Assembly: GCA_964016885.1 (NCBI GenBank) | Contig: OZ024740.1 | Location: 268,522,001-268,586,000 of the forward strand | Source: Eledone cirrhosa | Taxonomy: Eukaryota | Reading direction: 5' to 3' | DNA length: 64,000 nucleotides | Shown: in pieces, positions 11,682 through 23,076 of the stretch | Layout of the letters: every line of letters starts with the position of its first letter | Numbering within the stretch: the first letter of the stretch is position 1 | Position numbers and translations under genes: made by a program | The notes under the pieces: model-generated | The model's database searches: none | Told to the model about the DNA's origin: nothing | What the model saw: the letters and a program-made list of their open reading frames with translations, nothing else

Positions 11682-12015
11682 TGCTCCAGTTTACTCAGCT
11701 CTAGAAATGAGATGATAGGACTGGGGTCCATATCATTCTACTGCAAAGTGGTCGTGTAGGTGCCATGGCAAAAAAAAGGACTCAGCCCACACTGTAAAGT
11801 CGATGTGTAGGCGCCACGGAAAAAAAACACCCAGTACTCACTGTAAATGAGGTTGGTGTTAGGAAGGGCATCCAGCTGTAGAAATCAAGCCAGAATCAGT
11901 TCCCGTATGAGCAAGACTAGGTCAGCAGACTGGACAGTGCCCACAATAGGACAACCCGTCTAACCCATGCTAGCATGGAAGAACGGACGTAAAACGGTGA
12001 TGATGATGATGATGA
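11682..12015 (+). mobile_element. 5'-truncated SINE B-like element with RTE tail
   Basis: CTCCAGTTTACTCAGCT..GAAATGAG as in 6611-6945; (GAT)n tail. Confidence 0.8.
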
Positions 12016-12142
12016 TATATATATGTGTGTGTATATATTCTTGCTCTTGTGCAAGATTGATGTAGTTATTCTACTGACAAGGCTTTAAAGAGTCTGTTTG
12101 CATAATTGCAAGCAAATCGAATATTATTATTAATATTCGGAA

Positions 12143-12332
12143 AGGGCGGTGGATTGGCAGTATCGGTAGAGGGTCGGACGCCATGCTTTCCAGTATAGTT
12201 ACGTCCCTTTACCATCTGAGTTCAAATCCCGCCGAGGTTGACTTTGCCTTTCATCCTTACGGGGTCGATAAAATAAAGTACCAGTAATGCACTGGTAATT
12301 GCTGGCCTTGTGCCTAAAGTAGAAACAATTAT
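12143..12332 (+). mobile_element. SINE family A, full length with TSD
   Basis: TGGCAGTATCGG A-box and GAGTTCAAATCC B-box; flanking direct repeat ATTATTAATATTCGGAAA. Confidence 0.85.
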
Positions 12333-12452
12333 TAATATTCGGAAAACTCAGATTATATTTATTGCATTCAGCTATGTAGAGCGATAAGCTTTATTAAATT
12401 ATACTTAATCCAATGTGGCCATACAATATAAAAAAATATATAAGAATTTTGA

Positions 12453-12950
12453 ATGTTTTTCTTTTTTTTCTGTTTTATTGAAAATGTCTTCGCCATTTCC
12501 ACATTTGAAGATTACAATTCTGCAAATAAAAAATTATTTCAAAATTCCAAATTTTTCCCCCTGAAAGTATTTGTTTCTATATATCTATATTTCAAAGATT
12601 TCTTCAGATTCTTATATTTGAAACGTAGGACACTACGTTTTTGAGAAGAAAAAAATCAAATCAAATTAAATATAAATTAGGGTTAGGTGTTAGAGTGAGG
12701 GTTATTGTTAGGGTAGGGCTGGAGTTGGGGTTAGGTATTGAATTAGGATAAGGACTAGGTTTGGGGTTAATTCCTATACCTAGGAATCCAAAGAAGTATT
12801 TCAAAGGCAAAACAAATTATAGAAACCCAAAAAAATATTGGGAGGGCTGTTGAAAAATTGAAATTTTAAAAGAATTTTTTTTTTTCAGAATTGTAACCTT
12901 CAGTGTTCCAAGTATAGGTTTCCAAAAAATTGTTTCAAAAAGCAAAACAT
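12453..12950. repeat. Diverged fold-back element with central degenerate TTAGGG-like repeats
   Basis: 12505-12558 is an imperfect inverted copy of 12852-12902; the centre 12678-12770 is TTAGGG/TTGGGG-like. Confidence 0.6.
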
Positions 12951-13069
12951 CATTACTACCAACGACAACAAGAAAACTCTAGATACACCTAAAATCCATG
13001 TGGTGTTGGTGCAGTGTTTAGAGATCAGAAACTATGCCAAAATAGGTTTCCTAGCCTTCATATACATCA

Positions 13070-13480
13070 GTGGTTGGCAGTATTAGTAGAGCGTCGAACA
13101 TCATACTTTGCAGCATATAGTGATGGCTCTTTTCATTCTTATTTCAAATCACACTTTGTCCTTCATTGTTATCTAGTCAATAAAATAGTGTAACTATAAT
13201 AAACGGGTCGATTTAATCGATTTCCCCTTTGGTGGCCTTCTGCCAAATATAGAAACAATTATTTTAGGGTGGTAGATTAGCAGTATTGGTAGAGCATTGG
13301 AAAACATTTTGTGGCACAGAGTTACGGCCCTTTACATTCAGAATTCAAATCCTGCTGAATTTAGCTTTGCCTTTCAGCTTTACAGGATTGATAAAATAAA
13401 TTACTAGCAATGCACTGGGGTTTAATCAATTTTCCCTTTCTCGTTAGAATTGCTGGCCTTGTGCCATATGTAGAACCAAC
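13070..13480 (+). mobile_element. Two tandem diverged SINE A copies
   Basis: Family A head and core motifs occur twice. Confidence 0.7.
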
Positions 13481-14083
13481 TTTTTTTTTTTTGTTATTAT
13501 AAGCTAACAGAAAAACCACCCTTTGGGTGGTTTTCCGCTAGCATGTGTAGTATGCATATTTGATATTATGCGCAAATATATATGCATGTATGTATGCGAT
13601 GTCAAATAAAATCATAATTGACAATAAGCACAGAAATTGAAAAGAGACTGTGTTACACTCTCTTCTGTAATCAGTAACGTAATCCATGATACATTTAAAA
13701 AAGACGATATATATAAACTGCATTAGGAGAAAATTAGCGACGGAAATATAAGCGATGTAATAAATGTTAAAATATAATGGGCGCTAACCGGAAGTGTTGA
13801 CATTTGAAAATTTTAAAGAAGTGAATCTTTTATTAAGCAATAAAATTATATTTAATCAAGAGTTACGAGATTTAGTACATAAATTATGTAATATTCATTC
13901 ATTATTTATTCAAATTAATCCAACTTATTTTACAAACGGGATAAAAGAATATATTCTGGACGCAGTCCCGTATTCCTCCCTTTATTATAGTTTAGATTGT
14001 TTAATATTGTTTTGTTGGAAGAGAGGTTAGTATATCTCAGGTTCTTTAAGACTGAGAAATAGTTTGATGTGTTTACATTGAAG

Positions 14084-14285
14084 TACGAAGGCAGGGTGAA
14101 AGGTTCATACGCTGACTATGAAGGAATGATGCCAAATTTGTGAAATCTTGCATGCATTAATTTCAACTCTTAATATTAATAATTGCATTGTTTGTTTTTT
14201 TCCAGAGACTATTTGAAAAAATATACCTCATTTGGTCATTGTATGAGAGTCTCTTGGTCAACCTATGAACTTTTCAGCCAACAGC
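14084..14285 (+). mobile_element. Tc1/mariner-type MITE (diverged)
   Basis: Homologous to 49991-50159 and 50240-50437. Confidence 0.65.
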
Positions 14286-15114
14286 ATGGGTATTGGGTGA
14301 GTTCTAGTAGGCTGCAGTTATAAGGAAGGATAAGGTCTGGAGGAAGAAATACAGTAAAGTTGACGAGAGGAGCAAGTGCAGGTGCATCGAGCAATGAGGG
14401 TAGAGTATTGAAAAATTCAACCCTTTCATGACTGTTGGCTGACAAGATTTTTTCAACTTTAGGGGTCTTTACCCCAAATGTATAAGCTATTTCATAGCAA
14501 CAGACTCCAATTGCAATTATTTTCTGCATCTGAGCTTTTTCCATCTTATAAATTTACATCCTTGGCACTTAGTAAGTTTGAAATTTGACCTTCATACATG
14601 ATATTTGTTTATATTCTACTTCATTTAATTAATGAACCCATGCTAGTGTGGAAAAATGGATGTTCAATGGTGATGATGATGATGATGATGTTAATGAAGT
14701 GGAATTTACTAAAAATAATAATTATTTCATTACTAAGATTGTACTTTATCATATGATTTTTATATAAAATTATGGTAGAACATTTTGATTTAAATAGGAA
14801 ACTTTTAAAATGTGTGGCTTTGTTTAACAGAACCAGAAGCAATTTTGGTTGGAGTTGTATCAAAAGAGTTAAAAGAAAAGGCCTATTTAGTCCCAGTAAA
14901 ACAGATAAAGGGAAGACACAGGTCCTCAGAGGGTTCAAAATCAGTATTAGATATGAAGGTTAGTGGTGGAGTGGAAGTTAATTTTATAGGTACTCAATTT
15001 TGAGTAGGAATGATTGAGTACTTTGATACTAGACCTAAGAAATAATATTTGTAACTAAATGATGTAATGGTATGGTATGGTCCCGTAACTCTTGATGGAG
15101 TCGTAGAAGCACTG

Positions 15115-15365
15115 TAGTGGCATGCATTATTTCTAGGGTATTTTTAAACCTTCCAGAGAACATCTACTTTCCAGCTCTGAACATAGCAGATTTCTTCCAG
15201 AAAAAGATAGAAAATGAGATATAGAGGAAGAATTGACCCAGTATTAGACTGGTACATTTTTTTTATCAATCTTGAAAGAATGAGAGTTGACGTCGGTGAG
15301 ATTTGAACTCAGAGAGCAGAGATCCAGAATGTATACTGTGAAGCATTGTATCCAATGCTCTAACT
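15115..15365 (-). mobile_element. SINE A long-tail variant
   Basis: Homologous to 51785-52098 and 61665-61976. Confidence 0.6.
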
Positions 15366-15557
15366 GTTTCTACATTGTATCCAATGCTCTGATAACTTTT
15401 CCAATTTGTTACCTATGATGTATCATCAGTGATTAATTCTGAGCAGCAGTATGAGATAAAAAAAAAAAACAGTTACTTTACTGAAAAGGGTTGTTAGGGT
15501 TATTTATTACACACACAAAAACATACACTCACAGACACACACACATATATATATATA

Positions 15558-16235
15558 TCATCATCATCATCGTTTAACATCCATCTTCCCCACTAGCATG
15601 GGTTAGACGGTTTTGTTCCATTTGATGCAGGATTGGTTGGGAGACCGTGTCTCAATTGTACGGAAGTGTCTCTGGCAGGTTTTCTATGGCTTGGATGCCC
15701 TTCCTAACACCAACCACCTTTACAGTGTGAACTGGGAGCCCTTTTACTGTGTTTCCTACACGGCTACTTTACAGTGTCGACTGGGTGATGTTTGCTGTGT
15801 CACCGACAGAGTGGACGGAAATGGGAGGATGGTGTAGAGTGTGTGTGGTGGGGTTAAGAGGTGCTTACTTGACTATAGGTTTGTATATTTTATTTTTTTT
15901 TATTTTTTTTTTTTTTACGTCCACTTTTCCCTGCTTGCAAGGGTGGGACGGGAACTGATTCTGGCTTGATTTCTACAGCTGGATGCCCTTCCTAACACCA
16001 ACCTCATTTACAGTGAGTGCTGGGTGCTATTTTGCCGTGGCACCTACACGTCCACTTTACAGTGGAATGATATGGACCCCAGTCCCTATCATCTCATTTC
16101 TACAGCTGAGTAAACTGGAGCAATGTGAAATAAAGTGTCTTGCTCAAGGAAACAACACATCACCCGGTTTGAGAATTGAACTCACAACCTTTCGATTGCA
16201 AGGCCAATGCTCTAACCACTAAGCCATGTGGCTCC
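15558..16235 (-). mobile_element. RTE 3'UTR fragment (15558-15870) followed by SINE B (15910-16235)
   Basis: (CAT)n tail; the second part is the reverse complement of 6611-6930. Confidence 0.8.
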
Positions 16236-16488
<253 letters not shown>

Positions 16489-16707
16489 CCCATGTTAGTC
16501 TGGAAGATGGACGTTAAATGAAGATGATGACATATATGTGCGTGTATGTATGTAAAAGGCAAACAGATATAACAAAACCTTTCGGACACTAGCGCTTCAT
16601 CAAAAAATAGAACGAGAAATTAAAGAAGAAATAGAAACAGAGGATGACTATTGGCAGAAATGAAAAAGATTTCTATGAGGAAAATCAGGTCTATTCAGAT
16701 CACTATA

Positions 16708-16802
<95 letters not shown>

Positions 16803-17213
16803 GATATTAAACAAATGGAAACTACATTTATAAAACCATATTTATTTCATTATATATATTTCAGGGATATCATATTAAAAATATGGTATGCCCTCTTCAG
16901 ACAAAATACAATATATAAACAGTTTTATAAATAAATTTGACATACCTTAACACTTTACAACTTCCATTTAAAAAGTTGTTTTGGTAGTGAAAATGTTAAG
17001 GACAGTTAGAAAGAAAGACGAAGAGAAAAAAGAAAGAAAGTGTATAGTGCTAAGGACAGTTAGAGAGGAAGGCGAAGAAAATGAAGAAATGTATGTAAAG
17101 AAAACAACAGAGCGAGATAGAGAGAGAGAGAGAGATATGGGAGAGAGAAATATTGAGGAGGTGAAAAATGAATAACGTACAAATGAGAGATTTAGGAGGG
17201 AAGGGGGTACTGT

Positions 17214-17250
<37 letters not shown>

Positions 17251-17275
17251 GTTATAGTGTTAAGGATACGGAGAG

Positions 17276-17392
17276 AAATAAAAATAAAAATAAAAATAAA
17301 AATAAAAATAAAAATAAAAATAAAAATAAAAATAAAAATAAAAATAAAAATAAAAATAAAAATAAAAATAAAAATAAAAATAAAAATAAATA
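17276..17392. repeat. (AAAATA)n hexamer repeat
   Basis: About 19 perfect units. Confidence 0.95.
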
Positions 17393-17752
17393 AAGAGAGG
17401 TAGAAAGAGATATAGGTGGTGGGAGAAAAGAGGTAGATCGAGTAATATCTATTATACGAGGTGGGAGAGATAGGGGAGGGGTGAGATACAGGAGGTAGAG
17501 TTAAATCAGCCGATACATAAGTCCCGTCAAGTGTAGAGGGAGGAGGAGAAGAGATATATTCAGAAATAAAGATGATAGTGTTAAAATATTGTGTTTCATC
17601 AGTCTATCAATTCTTATGAATTAGGTATTATAATGTAAATATCAATATTCATGAATGAGACACATCAATAATGTGTGAAAAAATAATGACTATATGTTTA
17701 GTTTAAAAATTTAAGGTATGTCAAATTTATTTATAAAACTGTTTATATATTG

Positions 17753-17818
17753 TATTTTGTCTGAAGAGGGCATACCATATTTTTAATATGATATCCCTGA
17801 AATATATATAATGAAATA
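17753..17818 (+). ncRNA. Minimal type I hammerhead ribozyme motif (mirror copy 16843-16908 on -)
   Basis: Stem I TATTTTGT/ATGAAATA, CTGAAGA, stem II GGG..CATAT/ATATG..CCC, GAAA, palindromic stem III ATATATAT, cleavage triplet AUA. Confidence 0.6.
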
Positions 17819-17970
17819 AATATGGTTTTATAAATGTAGTTTCCATTTGTTTAATATCGTAAAATACTCCAAAACTTGTTGAGTGCTTTTATATCAGTTA
17901 TAAAATATTTACTCGTTGTAACCCAACAATTTTAAATAAAACTTTTGCATATATATATATATATATATAT

Positions 17971-18092
17971 ATTTCGTTTCTGAATTTGTTTAGCAAGATT
18001 CTTTATCTGAAATCGTGTGTTGAAACCGATATTGTTATACTTTGGGAGGGTCATGTTGCCAATAAGACATGACCCTCCCAAAGTATAACAAT
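17971..18092 (-). mobile_element. PLE terminus with short terminal hairpin
   Basis: 17971-18066 is close to the reverse complement of 30268-30363; 18067-18092 folds back onto 18031-18056. Confidence 0.8.
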
Positions 18093-18134
18093 ATATATAT
18101 ATATATTATTTAATTACATAATAAACAACACTAT

Positions 18135-21100
18135 AACGCAATCCAAAACTTCAGAGTTGGTACCATAAATGTAGGCACCTTAAAAGGTCGCTCTAACGAG
18201 GTTGTAGAAATGCTTGAACGTAAGGAGGTCGATGTTTGTTGTATTCAAGAGACCAGGTGGAGGGGTGGGTCTGCTAGATTCATTGTGGGTAAAGAACGAT
18301 GCTATAAGCTTTTCTGGGTGGGAAAGGACAATGGGCTGGGTGGAGTAGGAATCACGGTAGCAGAAAAGTGGGCAGATAAGATAATAGATGTAAATAGAGT
18401 GAACAAACAGAATAATTAAAATAAGACTTGTCCTCAATAGAACTACTGTGACAGTAATATCTGCGTATGCACCCCAATCCGGACTGCCCGGCACTATAAA
18501 AGACAGATTCTATGAGACACTGATGCTCACTACCTCCCAAATAACCGACAGTGACTATATAATTATTGCTGGCGACCTAAATGGTCACGTTGGACAACAT
18601 TGTGATGGCTATTATGGAATCCATGGAGGCTATGGGTTTGGTACTAGAAATGAGGAAGGCTCCAGAATCCTGGAATTCTGTGACGCAAATAACCTAACTA
18701 TCTGTAACACTAACTTCAAAAAACGAGACAATCACTTGATCACCTATAGATCGGGGGAACACACAAGCCAGGTAGATTATATCCTTACCAGGAGACGTGA
18801 CAGAGTGTCTGTTGTAAACACTAAATCCCTCCCCCATGAAGAATGCACGTCTCAACATAGACTCATAATTAGCGACCTCATAGTCAGGACGAGACGTATT
18901 CGACAACAGAAGAGGACTATCCTCAGGAGAAAAATATGGAAATTAAAGGACCCCACAGCCAGTAATAAATTTAAAAGCATATTACTTGATGCTTTTGATA
19001 GTAAGGAAGAGCAATTAGAGTCGTACAATATAGAGGAACAGTGGGAATTCCTGAAAGCTAACCTGCTGAAGGCGACAGATGAAACCTGTGGCTGGAGCAG
19101 GCCTATAGGCAGGAGGAGAGTAACTTGGTGGTGGAACAGTAAGGTGGAGAGGCCAATCAAGGCCAAAAAGCAGGCTTGGAAAGCATGACGGGATGGGGGA
19201 AGTAGAGAAGACTATCAAGTGGCCAGGAGGGAAGCTAGGAGACAAGTGTACTTCGCAAGAAGGGAAGCAGAGGAAAGAAAGTTCAAGCATGTTCTACAAC
19301 GCGAGGACCAAAAACGTGAGGTGTTCAGGATTGCTAGGCAATGTGTCAAGGAAAACAGTGATATTGTTGGGGAGAAGTGTGTCCTTAATGATGATGGTGT
19401 ACTTGCCATCAATGACGCTGATAAGAAGGTAGCTTGGAAGTGTCACTATGAAAGGCTACTAAATGAGGAGAATAATTGGGAGAAAGACAGTCTCCCCCAC
19501 ATCGACCCAATAGAGGGACCAGCAGTGTTAGTTGAAGGTAGTATAATAAGTAAGGCGATGAAAGACATGAAGATGGGCAAGGCGGCCGGGCCTTCGGAAA
19601 TAGTTGCCGAAATGCTGAAAGCATCTGGAACGGTGGGACACACTATGGTCACCCGGATAGTAAACCAAGTCATACAGAATGGGGTCGTTCCGAAGGACTG
19701 GCACAGCAGCATCATCATTAACTGCTACAAGGGTAAAGGTGATGCCCTAGATAGGGGAAACTATAGAGGCATTAAATTAATTGACCAGGTCATGAAGGTC
19801 ACAAAAAAAGTAATAGCACAACTAATCAGAGAGCGAATCGTTCTAGACGAAATGCAGTTCGGGTTTGTGTCAGGTAAAAGTACAACAGACGCTCTTTTCA
19901 TTGTACGACAACTACAGGAGAAGTACCTAGCTAAAAGTAAACCCCTATACTTAGCTTTTGTTGAGTTGGAGAAAGCCTTTGACAGAGTACCCCACTCGAT
20001 TATCTGGTGGGCCCCGAGAAAACTAGGTGTTGATGAATGGCTTGCGAGAGCTATACAAGCCATGTATAAAGAAACAGTCAGCAAGGTTAGAATTAACAAC
20101 GAATATAGTGAAGAGTTTAGCGTAAAAGTTGGTGTTCATCAGGGCTCCGTCCTTAGCCCCCTACTATTTATTATTGCCCTTCAGGCTATAACAGAGGAGT
20201 TCAAGACCGGCTGCCCATGGGAACTCCTATATGCAGATGATCTAACGCTCATAGCTAAATCAATGGCTGAACTAGAGAAGAAATTCCAAACATGGAAGCA
20301 TGGCCTAGAATCAAAAGGCCTTAAAGTTAACTTGTCTAAGACTAAAGTTCTAGTTTGTAGGAAGGAAAATATGGCACCGGTCCCATCTGGGAAATGGCCA
20401 TGCTCAGTGTGTAGGAAAGGAGTAGGTAGAAACTCCATTTTATGTCCCAAATGCAAAGTATGGGTACATAAAAGATGTAGTGGGATCACAGGTAAGCTAA
20501 CTAAGAATATAGATTTTATATGTGGCCGGTGCTCTGGTGCAATAAGTAGCAGCAAGTGCCCACAGAATACTAACTCATTCCATTGCACAGATGGTTCTAT
20601 AGAAATAGCGGACAGCTTCCGTTACCTGGGTGACAAAATCAGCAGTGGGGGAGGGTGCTCTGAAAGTACAGTAGCTAGAGTCAGAAAGGGATGGAAAAAG
20701 TTCAGAGAGCTTATACCACTATTGGCCGCTAAAGGGTTCTCTCTAAAAATGAAAGGCAGGCTGTATGATACCTGCATACGAACAGCAATGTTACATGGCA
20801 GTGAGACCTGGGCATTGTGTGCAGAGGATATACGCAGATTGGAGAGAAACGAAGCTTGCATGCTCCGCTGGATGTGTAATAGTAATATACGTGAACGGCA
20901 AAGCATAAACGAACTAAGGGAGAAATTAGGAATAAGAGGGATCAGATGTTGTTTACTTGAGAGAAGACTACGTTGGTATGGTCACGTGATGCGCATGAAA
21001 GACGACAGCTGTATAAAAAAGTGCAGGGCAATAAAAATAGACGGTAGCCACGGAGTAGGCAGACCCAGAAAAACCTGGGACGACTTGATAAATTCCGACC

Positions 21101-21186
21101 TCATACACTTACACCTCTCCAAGACAATGTCACTGGACCGAGATCTTTGGCGCTACACAGTAATAGAGAAGAACCACCTTACCTAA
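18135..21186 (+). pseudogene. RTE polyprotein ORF with one frameshift (about 18405) and one in-frame TGA (19186-19188)
   Basis: ORFs 18448-19188 and 19219-21186 are in the same frame, separated by a single TGA; 18210-18419 is shifted by one base; no start ATG upstream of the APE domain. Confidence 0.9.
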
Positions 21187-21560
21187 GTGCAAAGTGAAAC
21201 CTACTACAGTGAGTAGGCACCTCTAACAAAATATACCCCCATCCCACTACCCCCACCCCATCACACCACCCCTTTCAATGTAAAGTCTGAAACAAATGAG
21301 GTCGTGTAGGTGTCACGACAAAAAAAAACACACAGTCCACGCTGTAATGTGGCCGTGTAGGTAACACGGTAAAAACCTCCCAGTTCCACACTGTAAATGT
21401 GGCAGGTGTTAGGAAGGGCATCCAGCCATAGAAAACCCGCCAGACAGTCCTATACGAGCAAGACAACCATTCTTGCTTCAAGTGGGAAAACTCCCGTCCA
21501 AACCCATGCAAGCATGGAATATGAACGTTAAACGATGATGATGATGATGATGATGATGAT
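18136..21560 (+). mobile_element. Near-complete RTE-clade LINE (APE + RT + PHD-like finger)
   Basis: APE motifs TINVGTL, IQETRW, YAPQ, GDLNGH, VDYIL, SQH; RT motifs NYRGI, QFGF, KAFD, GVHQGSVLSPLLF, YADD; RTE C-terminus GHVMR..GRPRKTW; 3'UTR with (GAT)n tail. Confidence 0.95.
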
Positions 21561-21639
21561 ATTATTATTCCATTACCAGAGGTTTCAAGAAACTAGATGA
21601 TTCTTACAGAAAACGTGCAGCCCATTTATCAGATAAAAT

Positions 21640-21720
21640 AATTATTTTATCTGATGAATGGGCTGCACGTTTTCCGTAAGAATCGTCTAGTTTCTTGAAA
21701 CCTTTGGTAATGGAATAATT
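21640..21720 (+). ncRNA. Type I hammerhead ribozyme motif in a PLE terminal repeat
   Basis: 11-bp stem I AATTATTTTAT/ATGGAATAATT, CTGATGA, long irregular stem II, GAAA, stem III ACC-TTT-GGT, GUA cleavage triplet. The mirror copy at 21562-21641 (-) has CTGATAA. Confidence 0.7.
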
Positions 21721-21871
21721 ATAGTGTTGTTTATTATGTAATTAAATACCTCTGCACTATACATAGAGCACTCTTCTTTCATTTACCTTTTATATATATA
21801 TATATATATCGGTATGTGGTTGTTGGCTGAGAGAAGGGATTACCCAGTACTGAAGTAAAGCTTTAATATTA

Positions 21872-21978
21872 ATTTATTAAGGCTGAATAGTGTGTCTTGT
21901 TACTCTGAAATTTCACATGCCTGCGATAAACAGGTGAAACTCCAGAGTAACAAGAGTCACTATTCAGCCTTAATAAAT
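21872..21978. repeat. Fold-back hairpin (about 45-bp arms)
   Basis: ATTTATTAAGGCTGAATAGTG..TCTTGTTACTCTG is inverted to CAGAGTAACAAGA..CACTATTCAGCCTTAATAAAT; contains the hammerhead 3' half GAAACTCCAGAGTA. Confidence 0.8.
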
Positions 21979-21988
21979 GAATATGTAT

Positions 21989-22056
<68 letters not shown>

Positions 22057-22589
22057 TATAATTAGGTTTAATCTATACATATAAAATATATATTGATTAT
22101 GTTACGCAGCAAAGAAAGCACCAATTATACAAATTTAAACAACATATAAAAAAACATCATATATCAAATTGAGAAACTACTAGCATTATGTGCATTCATA
22201 TAGAAAAGAAATAATAAATGTACACACTTAAAGATAGAATTAAGCCAACTTGATGAAAAAGATTTTGTTTGTCGTTTAAATTTGTATATATATATAGGAT
22301 ATACAAGGATAAACTTTCAAACTCTATGTTAAGATGGACTTATTTATACTTAAGCATATATGACTTTCTCCCCTCTATTCAAATATGCAGTGCTTTTTCT
22401 GATTATAGCACTTATTCTATATCAGATTTTTACTTTACTGATTTTATTTACTCAACATTAATTCCTTTGAATGGTTTGATTAATAATAATAACACTTCAA
22501 CCTATATTTGATCTTTATTTTGCTGGTATACTTGAATGGTTTGAAAAATAATAGTTTATTTTTATGACTGAATTACACTGTCAAATATT

Positions 22590-23050
22590 TTATATTGATT
22601 ATTAAAAATATTCTTTGGAGATGTATTTTTATATTTTAAATTTATATTCGAACTGCACGCCTGTTCTTATTAACTTTATAAATTTTTGTAATGCATATGA
22701 TATATGTTTATTTACTGATTATGATATATGTCTTGCACTATAGTTACCTTTCTATTTTAGAAATTAAAAAAAGATTTTAATGTTTTTAGCTGCTCCTAAT
22801 CTTATTACATTTGTATGCTCATATTTTTCATATGCTTCTTCTGCCTTTGCTATCTTTTCTTATATATATGTTGATATTTATGCTTACTTCCCATATTATG
22901 TATCCTCAAAATGTTCTTATGACACACTTCTTATATTATATTAGTGTTTCAACCTTTATTATATACTCTGATGATTCCAGCCTTGTGCTAGGATGAAATG
23001 ATCGTAAGTGATTAAATGTTTTAAACACTCTTTGATTGTTATTTATAAAG
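22590..23050 (+). mobile_element. PLE 3'UTR/terminal repeat with hammerhead motif at 22964-23010
   Basis: Homologous to the reverse complement of 34640-35090; TACT-CTGATGA-TTCCAGC..GCTAGGAT-GAAA-TGATC-GTA-AGTG. Confidence 0.65.
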
Positions 23051-23076
23051 TATATATATATATATATATATATATA

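Larger units (their letters stand above)
16801..17860. mobile_element. Fold-back element with 150-bp perfect inverted arms, PLE terminal-repeat-like
   Basis: 16801-16950 is the reverse complement of 17711-17860; each arm carries a hammerhead motif; (TA)n nearby on both sides. Confidence 0.8.

Noticed and set aside
14263-14544. 93-aa minus-strand ORF
   Set aside because: No recognisable motif and its end runs into a MITE; cannot be supported, though not excluded.
17276-17392. AATAAA array as a functional polyadenylation cluster
   Set aside because: Simple hexamer slippage repeat inside a transposon spacer; no associated gene end.
18694-20906. Several minus-strand ORFs within the RTE, and plus-strand ORFs within the PLE at 32319-33929
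   Set aside because: Antisense shadows of retroelement coding sequence.
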